The notes below the pieces were generated by a model that was given only the letters and a program-made list of their open reading frames with translations, had not been told where the DNA came from and ran no database searches. Positions 32,003 through 41,408 of a DNA stretch of 64,000 nucleotides are shown here, one piece after another. Position 1 is the first letter of the stretch, and each line of letters starts with the position of its first letter. The DNA is taken from contig CAWCFT010000016.1 in NCBI GenBank assembly GCA_963794945.1, forward strand, positions 32,001 to 96,000, given 5' to 3'. A program made the translations under genes and the position numbers. The DNA is from Endomicrobiales bacterium (GTDB taxonomy: Bacteria > Elusimicrobiota > Endomicrobiia > Endomicrobiales > CAWCFT01).

Positions 32003-32512
32003 TCAGAACCTCTCGAACCTGTCTTTTTTGGCCTTGCAGATCGGGCATATTTCGGGTGGTGTTTCACGAGCGCAGAGGTAACCGCAGACTTTGCAGCGCC
32101 AAACGGGTATGCTTGTTTTGGGGAACGCGCTTACGGCCGTGTCGGCTTTGGCAACCAGCCTTTTTCCGGGAGGCGGCCTTCTTTCAGGTATGGGCTTTAT
32201 TTGGACCTCTCCTTTTACTGCGGCCCTTGAAACATAAAGAGCGCAATAGCAGGCATTGAACTCCACCAAATCCTGGTCACGATAATCACATGGGCATATA
32301 ATATCCAAATCTTCGGATTTGTTGCCGGTCGAAAGGCGGCACGGGCAGGACTGGTAGCCGTAACGGGCCGTATTCACCAGCAGGCCTTTGACAAGGTCTT
32401 TTGCAAAATATTCGTCAGGATTTAGATGGTACCCGGCGCCTTCGGCTTCCACTTTCAGCTTCACGTAAAAACTGTCGATAGCTTCAGCGGTAATGTCAGG
32501 GGATGTTTCCAT
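32003..32512 (-). CDS. Ferredoxin:thioredoxin reductase catalytic-type protein with C-terminal rubredoxin domain
   Basis: CPC, CPC and CYC motifs plus WRCKVCGY...CPIC. Confidence 0.9.
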   Translation of the reverse strand: METSPDITAEAIDSFYVKLKVEAEGAGYHLNPDEYFAKDLVKGLLVNTARYGYQSCPCRLSTGNKSEDLDIICPCDYRDQDLVEFNACYCALYVSRAAVKGEVQIKPIPERRPPPGKRLVAKADTAVSAFPKTSIPVWRCKVCGYLCARETPPEICPICKAKKDRFERF

Positions 32513-32790
32513 TATTTTAACCTTTTGTTGAGCTCATCGGGATTAAAACCTATCACGCAGCTCGAATTGTCAAAAACGATTGTTGGAAATGATACAGACG
32601 GGTTCCACTTTTCAATTTCTTTTTCGGCCTTGTCGCGGTCTTCCTCTGAGAGTTGGTCAATATTAGCATATTGATAGTCCACTCCAAGCTCGTTGAGCAT
32701 CTTCTTTGTCTTGTTGCACCAAACGCAGGTGCTCAAAGCGTAGAGCATGATCTTGCCTTTCTTCTTGCCTTCAACGTGTTCTATCTTCAT
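32512..32790 (-). CDS. Glutaredoxin-like protein
   Basis: CVWC active site, SFPTIV and IGF; coupled to the FTR-like gene. Confidence 0.88.
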   Translation of the reverse strand: MKIEHVEGKKKGKIMLYALSTCVWCNKTKKMLNELGVDYQYANIDQLSEEDRDKAEKEIEKWNPSVSFPTIVFDNSSCVIGFNPDELNKRLK

Positions 32791-32881
32791 TGGGCCTCCG
32801 AAAAAACAATTAAAGATTGTAAAATTCAGGATTTAAAGATTAAGGGTGTTAATTTTCAATCTTTAATTTTTAATTACAAGT

Positions 32882-33886
32882 TTATTCCGCGCCAAGCAGC
32901 GTCACGGCCGTGATATTGTATATGTCTTCCGCCGTACAGCCGCGGCTGAGGTCGCTGAAAGGTTTTCCCACACCCTGAAGTACCGGGCCGAGAGCTTTGA
33001 ACCCCGCGAACCTTTCGGTTAGTTTGTAAGCTATGTTGCCGGAATTCAGGTCGGGAAATATGAATATGTTCGCCTTGCCTTCCAACGGCGAATCGGGCGA
33101 CTTTCTCTTGGATATCTCGGGCACAACCGCCGCGTCGAACTGCATCTCGCCGTCGATCTTGACCGCGGGGTCGGCCAAGAAAAACTCCTTAGTCAATTCA
33201 ACGGCTTCCCTGATCTTATTAAGGTTGATGTGCTGCGCGCTTCCTTTGGTTGAAAAAGAAAGGAACGCTGCCCTCGCTGTCTCTGCGGGAAACAGCCTCT
33301 TGAACGTCTTTATAGTTTCCACCGCGATGTCCTTTAAAGCAAGCGCCCCGGGTGCCGGGTTAACCGCGCAATCCGCGTAAAGGAGCGGCATGGTTATCGG
33401 GTGCTTATCCGGAGGTATCATTAAAAAAAATGACGATATAAGTTTTACGTCTGGCGACGTACCAACGCACTGCAGCGCCGCCCTCAGGACATCCGCCGTG
33501 TCGGACCGCGCACCTGCTATACATGTGTCGGCTTTGCCGCTTTCCAAAAACAGCGCCGCAAAATGCAGCGGCTCAATGACTAGGTATTCCGCCTCTTCCC
33601 TTGAAGCTCCTTTGTCTATCCTGGACTGGATGAAATCTTCGAGAACGTCTTTTCTCAAATGGTCAGGGGATGGCTCTAACATTGTAAGCCAGGAGAGGTC
33701 AAGGCTCTTTCGTTTCGCGGTTTCTTCAATGAAGGCTTTCTTTTTAGCCACGACATAGGCCTTGCAGATGCCTTCCTTGGCAAGCCTCACAGCCGCTTCA
33801 AGCGTGCGTTCCTCATCGCCTTCCGCGAACACCGCGGCGGCGCTTTTGGCTTTCGCGGTATCGATTATTTTTTTTAGTATATCCAT
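32882..33886 (-). CDS. pta: Phosphate acetyltransferase
   Basis: FAEG, ADCAVNP, LSFSTKGSA, DGEMQFDAA, FPDLNSGNIAYK and DLSRGC. Confidence 0.93.
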   Translation of the reverse strand: MDILKKIIDTAKAKSAAAVFAEGDEERTLEAAVRLAKEGICKAYVVAKKKAFIEETAKRKSLDLSWLTMLEPSPDHLRKDVLEDFIQSRIDKGASREEAEYLVIEPLHFAALFLESGKADTCIAGARSDTADVLRAALQCVGTSPDVKLISSFFLMIPPDKHPITMPLLYADCAVNPAPGALALKDIAVETIKTFKRLFPAETARAAFLSFSTKGSAQHINLNKIREAVELTKEFFLADPAVKIDGEMQFDAAVVPEISKRKSPDSPLEGKANIFIFPDLNSGNIAYKLTERFAGFKALGPVLQGVGKPFSDLSRGCTAEDIYNITAVTLLGAE

Positions 33887-33984
33887 AATTAAGCTCCGTT
33901 AAATGCCAACTACATAATAAATCCAAAACACCAATTAGACCTGTTTTGGATTTGGTAATTGGGATTTATCTTATTGGTATATTA

Positions 33985-34767
33985 CTATTCTATCAAAAAA
34001 TCAGCTAGTTTAACATCCGGGTGATGGTACCGCTTGCGTTTGGCGGTCCCCCCGCCGTACTGTATGGCTTGCACCGGGCACCACTGGATGCACGCCATGC
34101 ACTGGTAGCACCTGTGCTGCCACACGGGTTTGCCGTCTTTGAGCTCTATATTTTTAGCCGGGCATACCCTCGAGCACACGCCGCAGCTGTTGCATTTGGC
34201 GTCCGCAAAGAATTTTCCGTCCATCTCCGGCATGTGAGGGGCCGAGAACTTGTATATGAGCCCGCTGAATATCAGGTTCGCGAGGAAGAAGCTCTTCTCC
34301 GGCGCTATCGATCTCTTTTCTTTTACGGCCTCCGCTATCTTTTTGATTTTTTCTTTTTCAGCAGAGAACATCTTTTTTTGTTTTTCATCTTCAATGGCTC
34401 CGTACATCGGCGTGTAGTTGCCCGGCATCTGCGCGCCGAAACCCGCCGAGAGTGTTATGCCGCGGGTTTTTAGCGCCTCCGTCACCTGCACAAGCGTCGC
34501 GCCCGGGAATCCGCCGTAAGTGCAAACGGCAAAGAAATATTTGGCATCCGAAGGGTTTAACTTTTTGATGAACGCGTCTACCACCAGCGGCATTCCCCAT
34601 ATGTAGACGGGGAACACAATCCCGATGGAATCAACCGGCGCTTTCGCCCCTGTATTAAGGGCTTTTGAAACGGGTATCAACTCGGTGTCGCCAAGCGCAG
34701 CCGCGATATCCCGTGCGACAACCAGAGAATTGCCTGTCCCGGAAAAATAGTACAGCGTGGTTTTCAT
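33985..34767 (-). CDS. EFR1-family flavodoxin/4Fe-4S ferredoxin protein
   Basis: YFSGTGNS and two CxxCxxCxxxCP motifs; likely start MKTTLYY at 34767. Confidence 0.88.
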   Translation of the reverse strand: MKTTLYYFSGTGNSLVVARDIAAALGDTELIPVSKALNTGAKAPVDSIGIVFPVYIWGMPLVVDAFIKKLNPSDAKYFFAVCTYGGFPGATLVQVTEALKTRGITLSAGFGAQMPGNYTPMYGAIEDEKQKKMFSAEKEKIKKIAEAVKEKRSIAPEKSFFLANLIFSGLIYKFSAPHMPEMDGKFFADAKCNSCGVCSRVCPAKNIELKDGKPVWQHRCYQCMACIQWCPVQAIQYGGGTAKRKRYHHPDVKLADFLIE

Positions 34768-34789
34768 GTGCTCCTCCATTATCCAAACA

Positions 34790-36190
34790 TTATTGATTGC
34801 GCCAGGTATAATAAAGTGTCGATACCGTAAAATAGAAACCCACGGGCCGCGCTTCAAAGGCTTTTGCGACTGAAAGTTCAAGCTTGACCGGAAAAAGCCT
34901 GAAAAGCACTATCTTATACCCAATACCGGTTCCCGCGCTGAACTTCGGGTCTGATGGCGTCGTAAAAATGTCTTTAGTGCCGATCTTTGCGCCTTCTGCA
35001 AAGAAATTCCACGTGAACATCGAGACCGATATACGCTCAAAAAACTCCTGTTCTGTTACCTTGTTGAGCGGTATATTATATTTTATGGCCGCATACAATT
35101 TCGAATCTCCCGTGAACTCCTGGAAATTATAGCCGCGCAGTATCCTGTAACCGCCGAGGAAATAAAATGAATTTAGCGGCCTGTTAGAAACTTCTATCGG
35201 GTAACCGGACTGGAACTCGAATTCGATGAAATCCGACTTGAAAACTTTGTAAAAACGCCTGTAATTAAGTTCAGCCTGCGTATAATTGTAATTGCTCCCA
35301 AGGTTTTGGAAGGAATGCTGTAACAAAACAGACGCGCTCCCTCCGGTCGGCGCCGAAGTTGATTCTGTAATGGAATCGTTCCAGACGCCGATTTCACCCA
35401 GGATATTTTTCCCCTGATCCAAGACAAAGTTCGAAGACACGGCATCCGTATAAGTATTCTCGAACCTCATACTGGTCCTTATTTTAGTGTATTTGGCAAT
35501 AGGCTCCTGCACGTACGGAGTTACAGACTGGCTTCGCTGCAGGTACTGGGTCCCGGAATAGATCTGATCGAAATTCACGTTGTCGGCAAAATTTATTCCA
35601 ATGGCAAGCGGCGATATGTTATATAGAAGGTCAAGCCCATAGCCCATTATCTCGTTGACAAAATCGTATTTAGTGTTGAAATCCAGAGTTGTCTGCCTGT
35701 ACTCTTGCTTAAGGTTCAGGTCGAACGCGCCGCTCGGCAGGTAAATGCGCATCTTGGGAGAAACGCTTATCACCGTTTCCTGAACTTTCATCTCCGGAAG
35801 TTTCTCTCTAAATTGTTCCAGTTTTTCCTGCGTGGTCATGGCGCACGTTGAGATAGTGATAGACGTAGAACTGGATATAAAGATCGTTGTGGTCGTGCAA
35901 CTTGAGACGACTATCGAAGTAGCTTTATAGCTTACACCGGCGACGGGGCTGAATGAAGCATTTGAAGGGGCCGCCGCAGGGCTGGAGACAATAACTGTTG
36001 TAGTTGTGCTGCTTGATACTATGATCGAAGTGGCTGTGAAGACTGGAACCGCTGTTTGGCTGGACACTGCGACCGCTTTATCCGCGGCGCCCGCATACAC
36101 AAAACAAAAACCCGCGGCCTGAACCAAAATTAAGGCTGCAAGAGCCAGGCATTTTTTGCGTCGTCCGGAATTGAACGGTAGCTTTAGCAT
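34790..36190 (-). CDS. Omp85/BamA-TamA-like outer-membrane beta-barrel with S/T-rich N-terminus
   Basis: Signal peptide, amphipathic strands and FYFLGGYRILRGY (Omp85 loop-6 like). Confidence 0.7.
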   Translation of the reverse strand: MLKLPFNSGRRKKCLALAALILVQAAGFCFVYAGAADKAVAVSSQTAVPVFTATSIIVSSSTTTTVIVSSPAAAPSNASFSPVAGVSYKATSIVVSSCTTTTIFISSSTSITISTCAMTTQEKLEQFREKLPEMKVQETVISVSPKMRIYLPSGAFDLNLKQEYRQTTLDFNTKYDFVNEIMGYGLDLLYNISPLAIGINFADNVNFDQIYSGTQYLQRSQSVTPYVQEPIAKYTKIRTSMRFENTYTDAVSSNFVLDQGKNILGEIGVWNDSITESTSAPTGGSASVLLQHSFQNLGSNYNYTQAELNYRRFYKVFKSDFIEFEFQSGYPIEVSNRPLNSFYFLGGYRILRGYNFQEFTGDSKLYAAIKYNIPLNKVTEQEFFERISVSMFTWNFFAEGAKIGTKDIFTTPSDPKFSAGTGIGYKIVLFRLFPVKLELSVAKAFEARPVGFYFTVSTLYYTWRNQ

Positions 36191-36688
36191 TTATCGGAAA
36201 TTTGTGAACTGAAGCGGCAGTGAAAAATTTATATTCCTCAAGTGCGCCATAACAGCCTGAAGCTCGTCCTTTTTAGGAGATATCACCCTGACCTTGCTGC
36301 CTTCTATCTGGGCCGTAACTTTTATCTTTGAATCCTTGATTATCTTAACTACCTCTTTCGCCTTTTCGCTCGGAAGCCCGCTGACAATGTTTATCACCTG
36401 CCTGACCGTCCCCTCGAACGCTTTCTCGGTAGGCTTTTCTTCAAGCGCCTTCAGCGACACACCTCTCTTCGCGAACCTGCCGTCAACTATATCCCGCAGC
36501 GCCCTCAGCTTAAAATCGTCGTCGCCGATAAGCGTCAGCTTCTTTTCTTCCTTGTTATACTCAATGGTAGACTTACTGCCTTTGAAATCAAACCTCTGCG
36601 CCAGCTCCTTCTGCGCCTGGTTAACCGCGTTCTCTACTTCCATGAAATTCACGTCGGACACGATGTCAAAAGAGAAATTCTGAGCCAT
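36191..36688 (-). CDS. yajQ: YajQ family nucleotide/c-di-GMP-binding protein
   Basis: SFDIVS, NAVNQA, RFDFKGS, KKDELQ and LQFTNFR. Confidence 0.93.
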   Translation of the reverse strand: MAQNFSFDIVSDVNFMEVENAVNQAQKELAQRFDFKGSKSTIEYNKEEKKLTLIGDDDFKLRALRDIVDGRFAKRGVSLKALEEKPTEKAFEGTVRQVINIVSGLPSEKAKEVVKIIKDSKIKVTAQIEGSKVRVISPKKDELQAVMAHLRNINFSLPLQFTNFR

Positions 36689-36788
36689 TGAAACCTCCGC
36701 GAAATATATAATTAAAAATTGAAGATTCAAGATTAAAGATTGCAATCTTCTTAATCTTAAATTTTAAATCTTCTAAATTGGTCTTAAA

Positions 36789-37241
36789 CTACCATATTTT
36801 TTTCTGCGCTATCGCCCGCACTATATCTTTTTTTGTTATAACACCGACAAGTTTATCATTTTCCACAACGGGGAAATAGTGGATGCCTTTTTCAATTATC
36901 ATCGTGGCCACCTCTTCCACCGCTGTCTCCGGCGAGAGCACCGTCATATTCTCTTCCATTATGCCGGACACCGTCAGTGAGGCCATTTTCTTCATCTCGG
37001 TTTCAAATTTCTTTTCTCCGATCGCGAAAACGCCGCTTAAAATGTACACGAATGTCGGAAGGTGGACCTTTTTGTCCTGCAGTATAAGCCCCTCTTCAAG
37101 GGCGATGCCTGCCAGTTTCCCGTTATCCACTACCGGGGTGCCGCTTATATCTTTCTTTATAAGAAGCTCGGCGAACTCCCTTAAGTCCATGTCCGGTTTT
37201 ACTACGGAAACGTCTTTGGTCATTATCTCCCTGATGTTCAT
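36789..37241 (-). CDS. CBS domain pair protein
   Basis: Two CBS repeats (IMT...PVVD; IME...PVVE...GVIT). Confidence 0.88.
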   Translation of the reverse strand: MNIREIMTKDVSVVKPDMDLREFAELLIKKDISGTPVVDNGKLAGIALEEGLILQDKKVHLPTFVYILSGVFAIGEKKFETEMKKMASLTVSGIMEENMTVLSPETAVEEVATMIIEKGIHYFPVVENDKLVGVITKKDIVRAIAQKKIW

Positions 37242-37383
37242 TTTATGCTCCTTGTGGGCCGCCGGCGAAATATGTCAAAACTTTTTTCAGGGTTTAACAA
37301 AAGGGCTATCGGCAGGGGTGACGGGCGTGTCGGGACGAACAAAATTAAAGTACCGCCGGGATCGACCGGCTTAAAATACCGAA

Positions 37384-37422
37384 GCCGGAGTTAATCTGTC
37401 ACAAGGACAAATTAACCCCGGC
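37384..37422 (-). terminator. Probable terminator hairpin after the small Zn-ribbon gene
   Basis: GCCGGAGTTAATCTGTC / GACAAATTAACCCCGGC imperfect stem immediately downstream of the stop at 37432. Confidence 0.5.
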
Positions 37423-37431
37423 CTATCAAAT

Positions 37432-37578
37432 CTATTTCTTGCCGATGATCTTAAAAACCTTCGTGCTGCAAACGTTGCAGGTTCCGGAAATAGCTTTCAT
37501 TCCGTTCTTCATAACGACTTCTTTCGGGTCCTTTACTTCCACCTGCTTCTTGCATTTCATGCATCTTGCTTCTGCCAT
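37432..37578 (-). CDS. 48-aa zinc-ribbon protein (DUF5679-like), missed by the ORF track
   Basis: MAEARCMKCKKQVEVKDPKEVVMKNGMKAISGTCNVCSTKVFKIIGKK* with GGAGGAG SD, its own promoter and a downstream hairpin. Confidence 0.85.
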   Translation of the reverse strand: MAEARCMKCKKQVEVKDPKEVVMKNGMKAISGTCNVCSTKVFKIIGKK

Positions 37579-37623
37579 GGTAAACTCCTCCCGTGCGATT
37601 TATAGCCTGTTACGACTAAAATG

Positions 37624-37651
37624 ATTATACCATTTTTTTTTATTCTGTCAA
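37624..37651 (-). promoter_or_regulatory. Consensus sigma70 promoter
   Basis: Minus strand TTGACA-16-TATAAT with TG extension; the spacer includes an A homopolymer. Confidence 0.75.
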
Positions 37652-37793
37652 ATAGTGAAGCTCCGCCAGCAGGAGCTGGCGGCTTCTTTTACTATGCCAA
37701 CAACCTGCGTGTCGCCTTCGGCGGCCGCCAATCCATCCTCAAGCGAGAGCTTGGGGGTTTAACGTGGTGGACCAACCACGCGCGCGGCAACGT

Positions 37794-38891
37794 CTAGACA
37801 TTGAACAGGAATTCAACAACATCGCCGTCTTTCATTATGTATTCTCGGCCTTCCTGGCGTACGAGGCCCTTTTCCTTGACCGCTTTCTCGCTGCCGTACT
37901 TAACCAGGTCGTCAAAGCTCATGATGTTGGCGCGTATAAAACCTTTTTCGAAGTCCGTATGTATGACGCCGGCGGCCTTGGGTGCCGCATCGCCTTTGTT
38001 TATGGTCCAGGCCCGGGTTTCTTTGGGGCCGGTGGTAAGGAAGGTTTGCAGCCCGAGTAGCGCGAAGCACTTTTTCGCGAAAACATCGAGGCCGGACTCT
38101 TCTATGCCCAGCTCTTTAAGGAAATCCCTCTTCTCCGCGGCATCGAGCTTAGATATCTCGTCCTCGATCTTCGCGCAGATAACAGTGAACTCCGCGCCGT
38201 CTTTTTCCGCGTAGGCTTTTACTGCGTCCACGAACGGGCTTGGTTTGCCTATCATGCTGTCCGTTATGTTCGCTACGTATATCACTTTTTTAGAGGTTAT
38301 GAAATTTAACGTCGTTAACAACTCGTTTTCAACGGCGCTAAACGTAAGCGAACGCACGGGCTTGCTGGCCCCAAGTGCGTTCTTTACTTTATCCAGTAGG
38401 GCAAACCTGTCTTTTGCTTCCTGGTCACCGCCGGCTTTTATCTGCCTGTGAGCGTTCGCGTGCATCTTCTCGGCCTGCTCCATGTCCGCGAGTATCAGCT
38501 CCGTGTTCACAGTCTCGATATCGTCAACCGGGCTTATCTTCCCGCTTACATGGACAATGTTTGAGTCTTCAAAACACCTCACAACGTGGGCGATAGCCGA
38601 GACCTCGCGTATGTGGGATAGGAACTTGTTGCCGAGCCCTTCCCCTTTCGATGCGCCTTTAACAAGCCCTGCTATGTCCACGCATGTTATCATGGCCGGC
38701 ACTACTTTTACAGAACTGCTCATCTTTGCGAGCACGTCAAGGCGTTTGTCCGGTATTGGCACAATGCCCGTGTTGGGCTCGATAGTGCAGAACGGATAGT
38801 TCTGCGCCTCCGCGCCCGCGTTAGTTATAGCGTTAAAAAAAGTTGACTTCCCTACATTGGGAAGCCCTACGATCCCTACTGATAACGGCAT
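37794..38891 (-). CDS. ychF: Redox-regulated ATPase YchF
   Basis: GLPNVGKST, NYPFCTIEPN, DIAGLVKGASKGEGLGNKFL and a TGS domain. Confidence 0.97.
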   Translation of the reverse strand: MPLSVGIVGLPNVGKSTFFNAITNAGAEAQNYPFCTIEPNTGIVPIPDKRLDVLAKMSSSVKVVPAMITCVDIAGLVKGASKGEGLGNKFLSHIREVSAIAHVVRCFEDSNIVHVSGKISPVDDIETVNTELILADMEQAEKMHANAHRQIKAGGDQEAKDRFALLDKVKNALGASKPVRSLTFSAVENELLTTLNFITSKKVIYVANITDSMIGKPSPFVDAVKAYAEKDGAEFTVICAKIEDEISKLDAAEKRDFLKELGIEESGLDVFAKKCFALLGLQTFLTTGPKETRAWTINKGDAAPKAAGVIHTDFEKGFIRANIMSFDDLVKYGSEKAVKEKGLVRQEGREYIMKDGDVVEFLFNV

Positions 38892-39006
38892 ATTTTCTCC
38901 TTGTTAAATATGTTTCAAGAACACTTTCAACGAACAGTGTTCTGGTTAATGTACATTATATGGGCCTCATCAGTCAAGCCTGAGGACCAGCCTGAGGACC
39001 TTGGCC

Positions 39007-39756
39007 TTATTCTTTCTGTTTAATCATCACCTGGAATTTATCCTCAACCAGCTCTTTGAATTTCTCGGGGTTCCTGGATGAGCCCGGAATAATACCGTAA
39101 TGCATCGGGATAACAAGTTTCGGGTTTATGTCTGCGGTGGCCTTGGCCGCTTCGGCTGGGCTCATCGTGACGAACCCGCCCACCGGCAGGAACGCGATAT
39201 CGGTCTTAATCTGCTTCATCTCGGGTATCCTGTCGGTATCGCCCGCGGTGTATATTCTCACGCCGTCAACCGTGAATATATATCCCAGCCATTTGTGCTT
39301 TTTCTTATGAAATATAGTAAAAACCGTGTTGTAGGCCGGCACCGCTTCAATGACAACGCCTTTTACGGTTATAGTTTGCCCCGGTTCCATAAACCGCACG
39401 TCACCGGAAAGCTTTTTTTTACAGGAAGGGTCGTCCGGCGCAACTATCACGGTGTCCGGGGTTTGTATCTTTTTTATGTCCGCGGGAGACAGATGGTCGG
39501 GATGCGGGTGAGTGATCAATATAATGTCGGCCCTGGCCGGTTTTGTCAATTGGTACGGGTCGGCAAAAATAGTGAGCCCGTCATGCACCTCGATAGCCGA
39601 CTGCCCGTGCCAGGTAATGTTTTCCATAGCGAACGTCCTGGTGTCCTTAGGAACCCTCGGCGCCCCCGCCCACGCTTGCCCGCCAATGAAGAGGGCCCCC
39701 GCCATGAAACAGCAAAACATCAAAACAATCAAAATCTTATTCATGATCTTCTCCAT
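39007..39756 (-). CDS. Exported metallo-beta-lactamase fold hydrolase
   Basis: THPHPDH, AGDT and PMHYG; N-terminal signal peptide. Confidence 0.87.
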   Translation of the reverse strand: MEKIMNKILIVLMFCCFMAGALFIGGQAWAGAPRVPKDTRTFAMENITWHGQSAIEVHDGLTIFADPYQLTKPARADIILITHPHPDHLSPADIKKIQTPDTVIVAPDDPSCKKKLSGDVRFMEPGQTITVKGVVIEAVPAYNTVFTIFHKKKHKWLGYIFTVDGVRIYTAGDTDRIPEMKQIKTDIAFLPVGGFVTMSPAEAAKATADINPKLVIPMHYGIIPGSSRNPEKFKELVEDKFQVMIKQKE

Positions 39757-39762
39757 TTTAAT

Positions 39763-40218
39763 TTAGTTATCCGTTGTACCTGAGTATCGGTTCATGCTCC
39801 TTATTGAACTGCAAAAAACGCAGTTTTCTTTATGCACGCAAAGCGTTTTACCGCACCTGGGACAAACCCACTTTTTCTGCTCGCTTTTAACAAACCCCCT
39901 GATACCGTGTCTTTGTATGTATAGCTGGTTTTCAATCATGCTCATTCCGTACCTGGCACGGTATCTCTTATCTAACAGCTTCAGGCGCACGCATGGAAAA
40001 ATATCGCATTTAAAACAATATTTATCGCCCTTGGGCCTTCTGGAGCATATCCTGATCTTACATACCGAGCAATATTTAGGTTTGTTATTGCTTTCGGTAT
40101 TACACCCTGCGCACGTTTTAGGCTCTTTAAACTGGGATTTACAAATAGTACAGTTCATTCCGCAAGGCGCTATCATTGATATTTTCATCATTATATTAAA
40201 ATTATCCATCTTCATCAT
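39763..40218 (-). CDS. Cys-rich DUF3795-like protein
   Basis: APCGMNCTIC, CAGC, CFKC..FPC and CPRCG...CVH..CVFC. Confidence 0.75.
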   Translation of the reverse strand: MMKMDNFNIMMKISMIAPCGMNCTICKSQFKEPKTCAGCNTESNNKPKYCSVCKIRICSRRPKGDKYCFKCDIFPCVRLKLLDKRYRARYGMSMIENQLYIQRHGIRGFVKSEQKKWVCPRCGKTLCVHKENCVFCSSIRSMNRYSGTTDN

Positions 40219-40260
40219 TTCATTGTAAAAAACAAGGCTGTCAAAAAGCAGAATGAACTT

Positions 40261-40851
40261 TTACTTGAGCCTAGGCTTTACCGGTTGGCTCTCTTCCTGC
40301 GCCGGTTCTTCATTTTGCGGCGCGGGCTTGGGCGCCCACGTGTTGGCTATCTCCGCGGAAGCGGACGCTATGACTTCTGCGGTATCGGTTTTAATTACCC
40401 GCGCGTTGATCTCCGCCGTATTGCCGTTAATGTCCAGTATCGTTCCCGTAACTATCGCTTCCACTCCCAGTATCTTCCCTATCTTTTTTGTGGTTTCCGC
40501 GTCAACAGCGCCTGTGCCTTCCAGGTGCAGTTCCTGCATGACATTTTCAAGCATCTGCCGCTCTATCACTTTAAATTTATGCAATTTGACTATCCGCGTT
40601 GTCAGGCGCTCCGAGACCATCAGCCCCACGTCGGACTTCTTTTCCTTCCCGTAGCTAAACGGCATGATGGCTATTTTGGAACCGTCGGGCAGCTCCGCCG
40701 ATTCGTAAAGCTCCTTAGCCATTACCTTGTAAGGGTCGCCCTGGGTAAGTTGGGGCTCGCTCGAAGTAACACTTTCGCTTCCGGAGCTCGCGCTCCGGCC
40801 CATACAAACAAAAAAGCATAAGGCAAAACCTGCTGTGACAATTTTCTTCAT
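40261..40851 (-). CDS. CsgG/FlgO-like exported protein
   Basis: IAIMPF, FKVIER..LENVMQELHL, KIGKILGVEAIVTG and INARVIKTDT. Confidence 0.75.
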   Translation of the reverse strand: MKKIVTAGFALCFFVCMGRSASSGSESVTSSEPQLTQGDPYKVMAKELYESAELPDGSKIAIMPFSYGKEKKSDVGLMVSERLTTRIVKLHKFKVIERQMLENVMQELHLEGTGAVDAETTKKIGKILGVEAIVTGTILDINGNTAEINARVIKTDTAEVIASASAEIANTWAPKPAPQNEEPAQEESQPVKPRLK

Positions 40852-40885
40852 AAATCGCTCCTGTAATATTATTATTGTTCCTTAG

Positions 40886-41236
40886 CTATTTATATTTTAT
40901 AGCAACGGCTTTCATGCCGTATTCTTCTGTGCCTATCAAGGCTACTTTGCCGATCGGCACAGCGCCGCCGCTTTGATTTGTGGCGCCGATTATAATAATC
41001 CCATCCGCGCCGATCTTCCTGGCGGCTTCTTTTAATTTTTTAATATTAACTTTGTCGGAATGAGAATTAAATTTTATTTCCCCAAGTTCAATGTAGGCCC
41101 TGTTTGGTTTTGCGGTCCTGTACACGTCTATGTTCGAATTCACGGGTTTCGCGGGTAACGCCTCTCTATACATACTGACCCTTGCCGCGCAGCCCATGAA
41201 ACCAACAGCCAAAAGTAATAGGATCAAATACCGCAT
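40886..41236 (-). CDS. Small lipoprotein (YbjQ/heavy-metal-binding-like fold)
   Basis: Lipobox FMGC and LKEAARKIGADGII. Confidence 0.65.
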   Translation of the reverse strand: MRYLILLLLAVGFMGCAARVSMYREALPAKPVNSNIDVYRTAKPNRAYIELGEIKFNSHSDKVNIKKLKEAARKIGADGIIIIGATNQSGGAVPIGKVALIGTEEYGMKAVAIKYK

Positions 41237-41408
41237 ACCGCCTCCTTTTTATTCTCAGAAGCCACATACCAGCCAGCTATATTATACCGTAAATATTCCC
41301 TTGCCGGCAAACGAACAGGCGCCTCCGATATGTACCGAATACTCGCCGTTCACTAATTTACCCCTCATCAGTATTTTTGAAGGGCGTTTCATTTAGATCC
41401 CCTGCTCA

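Noticed and set aside
38977..39000. 12-bp tandem duplication AGCCTGAGGACC x2 upstream of ychF
   Set aside because: There are only two units and no other copy was noticed; it could be slippage or an assembly artefact.
41286..41393. Short minus-strand ORF MKRPSKILMRG...
   Set aside because: It is about 36 codons with no recognisable motif, which is insufficient support.
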